NCBI GenBank assembly: GCA_044892525.1 | Contig: CM097886.1 | Span: 88,102,001-88,166,000 of the forward strand | Origin: Schmidtea polychroa | Taxonomy: Eukaryota | DNA length: 64,000 bases | Direction: 5' to 3' | Shown: positions 1 to 6,045 of the stretch, piece after piece | Position numbering within the stretch: position 1 is the first letter of the stretch | Layout of the letters: every line of letters starts with the position of its first letter | The notes under the pieces: generated by a model | What the model saw: the letters and a program-made list of their open reading frames with translations, nothing else | The model's database searches: none | What the model was told of the DNA's origin: nothing | Position numbers and translations under genes: made by a program

Positions 1-2
1 AA

Positions 3-431
3 AACCAGAAATTCCGTCTGTTTGAAACAAGTAATAAATATTGCACTCCAGAGATGTGCCAGCAAATTTCTCTAATAATAACTAAATTAAAATTAATTGT
101 TAACCAAATCAATGTAAAAGAAACAGCCGAAACCAATTGCGATATTGACAATCCAACTACCAACAATGATGTTTTGGACCCTATCGTTGTCATAGAAGAA
201 ATCAACTGTATGAAATGTAATAACATCCTTGAAAAATTCATTTTGGCCAGAGAAGGAATGAATGTTAACATTTGTGAAAACTGTTTATTTGACGCCATTT
301 CCACTGATCAATCAAATTCTAGTCAAGTCAATCCAATCCCTACAGAGACTATTGAAGAACCTCTCACAAAGAAATCTGCTACAAAATCGCGAGCTACGAC
401 ACTAAAAAAACAATCATCGAAGACCAAATGA
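3..431 (+). CDS. ORF1 C-terminal part (copy 1), includes C4 zinc finger
   Basis: Matches the last ~143 codons of the 845-aa ORF1 of copy 2; ends at TGA 429-431. Confidence 0.85.
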   Translation, partial: NQKFRLFETSNKYCTPEMCQQISLIITKLKLIVNQINVKETAETNCDIDNPTTNNDVLDPIVVIEEINCMKCNNILEKFILAREGMNVNICENCLFDAISTDQSNSSQVNPIPTETIEEPLTKKSATKSRATTLKKQSSKTK

Positions 432-436
432 AGATG

Positions 437-497
437 TGTGCCTGCATCAGCTCAAGCGTCTGCCGTTCCCTCTAATGAGACTGATGCAGAGAGCACA
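437..497 (+). promoter_or_regulatory. Stem-loop 3' of the ORF1 UGA, candidate readthrough stimulator (present in all 8 copies)
   Basis: TGTGC 437-441/GCACA 493-497, CTGCATCAG 442-450/CTGATGCAG 481-489, CTCA 451-454/TGAG 476-479; 33/61 GC in an AT-rich element. The function is inferred. Confidence 0.65.
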
Positions 498-3400
498 ATA
501 GATAATTACTATTTACCAATTGACGATTTTGATCCTGAAATGTGGTTCTCTGATAATGATATTGATTGGTATCTTGAAAACCATATCGACAATCCAATGC
601 ATGGATACATCAAATGCTTCATCGTTAATATTCTATGCTCGAATATTCAAGAAGAAATTGTTGCAATTCCACAGTCAATTACCAATGCTGAAATGATTTT
701 TTGTCCACTTAATATAAACAATTCCCATTGGATTCTTTTTGTATACTGTAAGAAATCAAATTCATCTTACTTTATTGATCCAATTTTTAATAACCGAAAT
801 AATCTAATCAACAAACAAATGGCTCTTAAAATGAATATTGCACTAAATAGATTTTTCAACCTCAAGATAGCAGTGTCATATCATCCGCATACAAATCTTC
901 AATATCAAAATAACAACTTTGACTGTGGTCCATTCACTTGCGCTTATGCAGTGATAATCAGTAAAGATTGGAACAGCTTTCCTGATGGATTCATTGAAGA
1001 AATAAGACGAAATGTTCATCGATATCAGAAACACTTGGTTAATGGTGCACCAAATTTAATTGGAGGTGCTAAAAACAATTTAAATATGGCAACAATCAAT
1101 TTCAAGAAGGCTATCGCTAAATCTAAAACTACAAATAATAATTTAAACATTACTAAAATTCTCAACAACCAAGCGCCATGTGTGTCATCACTAATTGGTA
1201 AATATTATAAAGAGAATTCTAAAATCTTGGTTTTATCTGCCAATTTAACATCCAATTTAATTGCGCAAAATGACTCTTTTATAGCCGACAATGTCACCTT
1301 TAAACAATTTAAAGGAATCGATCACATTCTTGGTGTCATTCCAAAATTTAAAGATTGGTGTCTTTTCATATATTCCAGCAAACTTAACCGTAGCTACATT
1401 TTTGATTTTAATTATAGAAATATTGATGAGAGATTGATTGAAATTGGTGAAAAGATGACCGATTATCTCAATCAATTTTGTCTTAATCGAAAAATTAAAT
1501 TCATAGCTGATCATCGAATCTCGCATCCTTCCTTTCACTCTAATGACAATCAATACTTCGCAAGTTCCTTTATTGTGTTTTTTGAGAAATTTGTCTTTGA
1601 AAGACTCTTGGATTATGATAAAGTATATGATACACTTGGTGAATTAAAATCTCAGTCGTGCATTGAAATTTCTCCCAACTTTAATTTAATCAACGGTAAA
1701 ATAACTGATAAAATTATTAATGAATATTTTATGAACCTAAAATTATCGAATAATTATATTCTCCTAAACAGAACTTTGTCTGCTGCAATTTCAGATGATT
1801 GTACTCAATACTTAAATGATTTTTTAAACATTGAGGACATGATGAAGGCAAATGTAATCTTTGCAATAATTTCTCCTCCCAAGGCCCATGAATTGCTGTT
1901 GGTAATTGATTACGACACAGACGAACATTATTTTCTTAGTCCAGTGACCAATGATTTGAATGTGTTTTCTAAAGCTTTCTCTTATAACATTGTGCTCAAA
2001 ATTAATGAGCTAAGACAAAGTAAAGGGCGTTCAATGACAATTGGCCACTGCCCACATGATATAAGAGGTTCTGGTTTATTTAGCAAAATATTAATTTGTG
2101 CATTTATCAGAAACTACACTCAAGATAAATCTCTTGAAAATATTAACTTGACTGAAATTTCTGAAATAATCAACTCTCTAGTTCCAATAGTTGATAATAA
2201 TGACATTGTCAAAATTGAGAGACGTGGAAAATTGAAAATTGCTAATTCTTTGAAACTAACTTTGAAGCAACGCAAAGATAGAATTGATGAGCTTTTAACT
2301 ACATTGTCTAACTCTAATGTTGATGAAATTATCTCTACTATTCTGGCAAATATTCCTCATCTAGAAAATTTGCAGGATCAAGAATTTCGAGAGCCATATC
2401 TTGGGAAAAATCACAATAAACCTAAAAAATTCAACAATTCTACTGAATTTCTGAAAAATATGAAAAAGACTGTAAACAGAATTTTAGGTAATCAGAGCGA
2501 AAAAGCTGAACCACCATTTCAGGAAATTATAAACACTTTCACTCATCAAGATACTTTACCTGGAAGTTGGAACAACGTTTTAAACTTTAGTAAAATCTCG
2601 AAAAGCTTACTTGAATTAGAAATTACTACGCCAATGGAAATTCTTTCCAATCTTCAGGAAGCTGATAATTCTACGCCCGGACTTGATAATGTATATTATA
2701 AAGATCTTCTGTTACTTGATCCAGATTGTAAGCTTCTAGCGTTACTTTTCAACAAAGTCATTCAACTGAAATCTATCCCTACAAGTTGGAAAACTTTTAA
2801 AACAATATTAATTCCGAAACCTGATAAAAATGACCAATACCATAAAATATCTTCATGGCGACCAATCGCATTACTGTCAGTGATTTACAAAGTTTTCGCT
2901 TCAGTTCTTGCAACTCGTCTTAGTTCATGGATTAAAGAAAATAATCTGCTGCATATTGGCCAAAAGGGTGGTTCAGAATACGAAGGATGTATTGAACACA
3001 ACTCAATTCTCTCTGCGATTGTCGAGCATTCAAAATATAGTAAATCTTCACCTTTAGCAATAGCATGGCTTGACATCAAAGACGCTTTCGGAAGTGTTCC
3101 ACACGAATACATGTGGACATTGTTAAGATATATGAACGTTGGTGAAAACTTTGTGAATATCCTGAAATTACTTTATACAGATACGAGCTCTTTTTATCGC
3201 TGTAACAAAATGCAGACACCAAATATTCCAATAAAGAAAGGTGTAAAACAAGGCTGCCCGATCTCTATGATTCTGTTTGCAATAGCTATTAATCCGGTTC
3301 TTGAAGCTATTACCGCATCTAACATTACACCTTTTATGATAGGCTCTTCTCAAGTACAAGTGTTAGCTTATGCTGATGACATTGCACTTATTGCAACTAG

Positions 3401-5033
3401 CTCAACTGACCTCCAAAAGCTAATTGATGTAGCTGTAAAAACTGCCAATAATATTGGATTTGAATATCGCCCTGAAAAATGTGCATATATACAATACCCA
3501 AAACTAGAAACGGTCAGTGAAATCGTTGTCAACAATGATTTAATTAAAAAACTTGCTGGTAATGAATTTTACCAATACTTAGGAGTGCCAATAGGTGATA
3601 ATAATGATCAAAGTCCCTATGAAATCGTCAGCCAAGTCATTGAAGATACTAAAAAGATTGCTAACTCTGATCTCTATGGTTGGCAAAAGCTCAAAGCTTA
3701 TAAAATCTTCCTGCATTCGCGCCTTATTTTCCCATTTAGAACTAGGGAAATTAAAACTAGTTCATTAACATCTCCTAGTAGTAACTCAAGGATAAATGTA
3801 AATAGTACTAGCCAATTGAGGAGCCATTTGAGGAAAATATTAAATTTACCAAACCACTCTGAAATAAGTTATTTCTATAATGCCACTGAAAATGGTGGAG
3901 CTGGCTGTATTGACCTTCTTGATGAGTATCACACACAGTCGATTGTTTACTTCTTCCGTTTACTAACATCAACTTGCGACTATTCAAAAAAGATAAACAC
4001 TTTTTCACTCTTGTCTGTGACAAGTCCAAGACTCGGAATCAAAGAACCAACTCTCAGTCAAAGCTTGGAATGGGTTAATGGAAAAGAAAGCAAATTAAAT
4101 CATAGTGGTAGTAAAACTCGCTTCTACCGATTGCGTGCATCAATTGCATATTTCAATCGAGTTCACAACATTAAAATTTCGTTCGAAACTTTCAAACAAA
4201 ATCCTTCGATTCGGCTCACTACTTCATTAACTGGCACTCGCATATTATTACCAAAATTAAGAAAAGCATTATCAAAGATTCTCCATTCTGCTCTTCAAGA
4301 TTCGTATCTCGAAAAGTGGGAGAAGAGTAATCAAAGTAATCTAATTGTATCTGCTCTCAAACTTTGTCCATTTGTCAACAAACTAATCTTTCGTAGTGAC
4401 TTGACAGACTTTGAATGGAATTTCATTCATCGAGCTCGAACAAATACACTCTCTACATTTGCAAAGCCACATAAAACTGGCGAAGACCGCCTTTGTCGTA
4501 GGTGTAAATCTGAAGATGAGACAATTTTACATGTACTCCAAACTTGTAGAATCAATCAATCATTAGCAACTAATCGACATAATGCTTGCTTGGAAAAAAT
4601 TAAAGATGCACTTAAAAATCCTGAACTCTTGGTTGTCACTGATCATAAATGTTCTCTTGTACCGACTTCCAACGAACGGGTTGATCTTTTAATAACCAAT
4701 ACCGAGAGAAAAACGATTTTACTAGTAGACATGAAATGTCCAATTGATTCTGTAATTAATTTTGAGCGAGTCGACAAATTAAATATGGAAAAATATGATA
4801 AATTAAAAACAGATATACAAACAGTTAAACCTGATTACAAAGTTGAATTGTTCACATGCATCATGGGTTCCTTGGGATCAATTGAACCAAAAACTTCTGA
4901 TCTTTTATTAAAAATGGGAATTCCACAAACAAAAATCAAAGGTTTGATGAAGGAATGTGCAATAAGTAACATTGCACATTCGGCAAAGATTTGGTATTTT
5001 CATTGTAATGGAAAGCTTCCAAACTTTGAATAA
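438..5033 (+). CDS. ORF2: Ulp1/C48-like protease x3, reverse transcriptase, CCHC knuckle, restriction-like endonuclease (1531 aa)
   Basis: H97/D114/Q157/C163 protease motifs; WRPIALLS, QKGG, DIKDAFGSV, GVKQGCPIS, YADD (978-981), YLG; C1353-x2-C-x8-H-x4-C; RHN, D1416, D1431-x-K1433. True start uncertain (GTG; frame is open from 432). Confidence 0.95.
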   Translation: MPASAQASAVPSNETDAESTIDNYYLPIDDFDPEMWFSDNDIDWYLENHIDNPMHGYIKCFIVNILCSNIQEEIVAIPQSITNAEMIFCPLNINNSHWILFVYCKKSNSSYFIDPIFNNRNNLINKQMALKMNIALNRFFNLKIAVSYHPHTNLQYQNNNFDCGPFTCAYAVIISKDWNSFPDGFIEEIRRNVHRYQKHLVNGAPNLIGGAKNNLNMATINFKKAIAKSKTTNNNLNITKILNNQAPCVSSLIGKYYKENSKILVLSANLTSNLIAQNDSFIADNVTFKQFKGIDHILGVIPKFKDWCLFIYSSKLNRSYIFDFNYRNIDERLIEIGEKMTDYLNQFCLNRKIKFIADHRISHPSFHSNDNQYFASSFIVFFEKFVFERLLDYDKVYDTLGELKSQSCIEISPNFNLINGKITDKIINEYFMNLKLSNNYILLNRTLSAAISDDCTQYLNDFLNIEDMMKANVIFAIISPPKAHELLLVIDYDTDEHYFLSPVTNDLNVFSKAFSYNIVLKINELRQSKGRSMTIGHCPHDIRGSGLFSKILICAFIRNYTQDKSLENINLTEISEIINSLVPIVDNNDIVKIERRGKLKIANSLKLTLKQRKDRIDELLTTLSNSNVDEIISTILANIPHLENLQDQEFREPYLGKNHNKPKKFNNSTEFLKNMKKTVNRILGNQSEKAEPPFQEIINTFTHQDTLPGSWNNVLNFSKISKSLLELEITTPMEILSNLQEADNSTPGLDNVYYKDLLLLDPDCKLLALLFNKVIQLKSIPTSWKTFKTILIPKPDKNDQYHKISSWRPIALLSVIYKVFASVLATRLSSWIKENNLLHIGQKGGSEYEGCIEHNSILSAIVEHSKYSKSSPLAIAWLDIKDAFGSVPHEYMWTLLRYMNVGENFVNILKLLYTDTSSFYRCNKMQTPNIPIKKGVKQGCPISMILFAIAINPVLEAITASNITPFMIGSSQVQVLAYADDIALIATSSTDLQKLIDVAVKTANNIGFEYRPEKCAYIQYPKLETVSEIVVNNDLIKKLAGNEFYQYLGVPIGDNNDQSPYEIVSQVIEDTKKIANSDLYGWQKLKAYKIFLHSRLIFPFRTREIKTSSLTSPSSNSRINVNSTSQLRSHLRKILNLPNHSEISYFYNATENGGAGCIDLLDEYHTQSIVYFFRLLTSTCDYSKKINTFSLLSVTSPRLGIKEPTLSQSLEWVNGKESKLNHSGSKTRFYRLRASIAYFNRVHNIKISFETFKQNPSIRLTTSLTGTRILLPKLRKALSKILHSALQDSYLEKWEKSNQSNLIVSALKLCPFVNKLIFRSDLTDFEWNFIHRARTNTLSTFAKPHKTGEDRLCRRCKSEDETILHVLQTCRINQSLATNRHNACLEKIKDALKNPELLVVTDHKCSLVPTSNERVDLLITNTERKTILLVDMKCPIDSVINFERVDKLNMEKYDKLKTDIQTVKPDYKVELFTCIMGSLGSIEPKTSDLLLKMGIPQTKIKGLMKECAISNIAHSAKIWYFHCNGKLPNFE

Positions 5034-5382
5034 TTAAAATAAATTGGTTTTCAACATAGGAAAATAATTAAATTTAAAACTTTTATTAATTTGATTATTA
5101 AAACAAACCAAATTTAAATTTCATTAAAAAAAATAAACTAATTATTAAAGAAACTTTCATTTTTTCGAGATAAATATTCTGCGACAAAGCAAATTTAAGA
5201 ATTTAGATCTTCAATCTACCAAAGACAAGTCGCAATGCCGGATGATGAAATCCGATGAGAGTGATCAGAGATTCCAGCAGATGAAGTTAATATGTGAATA
5301 TTTGCTTATGGACAACTCCATGTAGAGCTGATTATCTGTTAAAAACAATATTCAAATTTGTTATATTTAATAAATGTTTAAT
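5034..5382 (+). promoter_or_regulatory. Element 3' UTR with hairpin cluster and AATAAA (5369-5374); no poly(A) tail
   Basis: 347-349 bp in all 7 complete 3' ends; several inverted repeats at 5180-5340. Confidence 0.7.
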
Positions 5383-5436
5383 TAGCGCGTCAGTCTCATA
5401 ATCTGAAGGTCGTGAGTTCGATCCTCACTCGGGGCA
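5383..5436 (+). pseudogene. 5'-truncated tRNA-Met (nt 20-73) at element 3' junction
   Basis: Lacks nt 1-19 including the A box. Confidence 0.92.
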
Positions 5437-5453
5437 TAATGTTTTGGATTTTT
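5437..5453 (+). terminator. Pol III T-tract terminator (TTTT then TTTTTT) after tRNA; repeated after every tRNA unit
   Basis: taatgTTTTggaTTTTTTc directly follows A73. Confidence 0.75.
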
Positions 5454-5598
5454 TCAAAAATTTTCAATTTTGCTATTCTTAGTTCTACAAAGCAGTTCAA
5501 AACCCAACTTTTCTACATCATTTCGACAATAAATCATCAATATTTTGACTTGAATAAAATAAAATGAACAAGTAAAGAAAAGTGAAAATCAAATTAAC

Positions 5599-5671
5599 GC
5601 CTCGATAGCGCAGTAGGTAGCGCGTCAGTCTCATAATCTGAAGGTCGTGAGTTCGATCCTCACTCGGGGCA
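5599..5671 (+). tRNA. tRNA-Met(CAT), elongator type
   Basis: 73-nt cloverleaf, GCCTCGA/TCGGGGC acceptor stem, CAT anticodon, T31-T39 opposition, TTCGATC T-loop, A and B boxes. Confidence 0.96.
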
Positions 5672-5839
5672 TAATGTTTTGGATTTTTTCAAAAATTTTC
5701 AATTTTGCTATTCTTAGTTCTACAAAGCAATTTGTTTTCAAAACCCAACTTTTCTACATCATTTCGACAATAAATCATCAATATTTTGACTTGAATAAAA
5801 TAAAATGAACAAGTAAAGAAAAGTGAAAATCAAATTAAC

Positions 5840-5912
5840 GCCTCGATAGCGCAGTAGGTAGCGCGTCAGTCTCATAATCTGAAGGTCGTGAGTTCGATCC
5901 TCACTCGGGGCA
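5840..5912 (+). tRNA. tRNA-Met(CAT)
   Basis: Consensus copy. Confidence 0.96.
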
Positions 5913-6045
5913 TAATGTTTTGGATTTTTTCAAAAATTTTCAATTTTGCTATTCTTAGTTCTACAAAGCAATTCGTTTTCAAAACCCAACTTTTCTACAT
6001 CATTTCGACAATAAATCATCAATATTTTGACTTGAATAAAATAAA

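Larger units (their letters stand above)
1..5382 (+). mobile_element. RLE-type non-LTR retrotransposon, copy 1 (5' part outside window)
   Basis: ORF1 tail, intact ORF2 (protease-RT-CCHC-RLE) and 349-bp 3' UTR ending at the junction with tRNA-Met nt 20. Confidence 0.95.

Noticed and set aside
404-411. A7 run as a -1 frameshift slippery site
   Set aside because: About 26 nt from the hairpin (too far), and ORF2 is in frame 0; the shifted frame stops at 473-475
429-431. UGA reassigned to Trp/Cys (alternative genetic code), also suggested by TGG>TGA at 54404
   Set aside because: Intact ORFs contain no other in-frame TGA across ~2370 AT-rich codons and encode Trp as TGG; the copy 7 change is best read as a nonsense mutation
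438-440. GTG as the ORF2 start codon (ORF track)
   Set aside because: Artefact of a prokaryote-style ORF caller; the frame is open from 432 and the context is eukaryotic
2650-3850. Bacterial RT (group II intron, retron, DGR) or prophage
   Set aside because: Eukaryotic tRNA without encoded CCA, Pol III terminators, Ulp1-like domain and RLE architecture; no intron termini
1257-4029. Short minus-strand ORFs (98, 75, 63, 73 aa) recurring in every copy, and similar ones inside ORF1
   Set aside because: Antisense shadows of the long ORFs; they recur only because the element is repeated and have no recognisable motifs
5276-5312. Selenocysteine decoding of the junction UGA via a SECIS in the 3' UTR
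   Set aside because: ATGA-stem-loop present but no GA placed to form the G.A/A.G quartet and the stem geometry does not fit; no redox motif around the UGA. A SECISearch run would settle it
5242-5331. Box C (ATGATGA) / box D (CTGA) snoRNA, or hammerhead core, in the 3' UTR
   Set aside because: Box C is mutated in copies 3 and 4; CTGATTA does not match the CUGANGA hammerhead core and no GAAA is suitably placed
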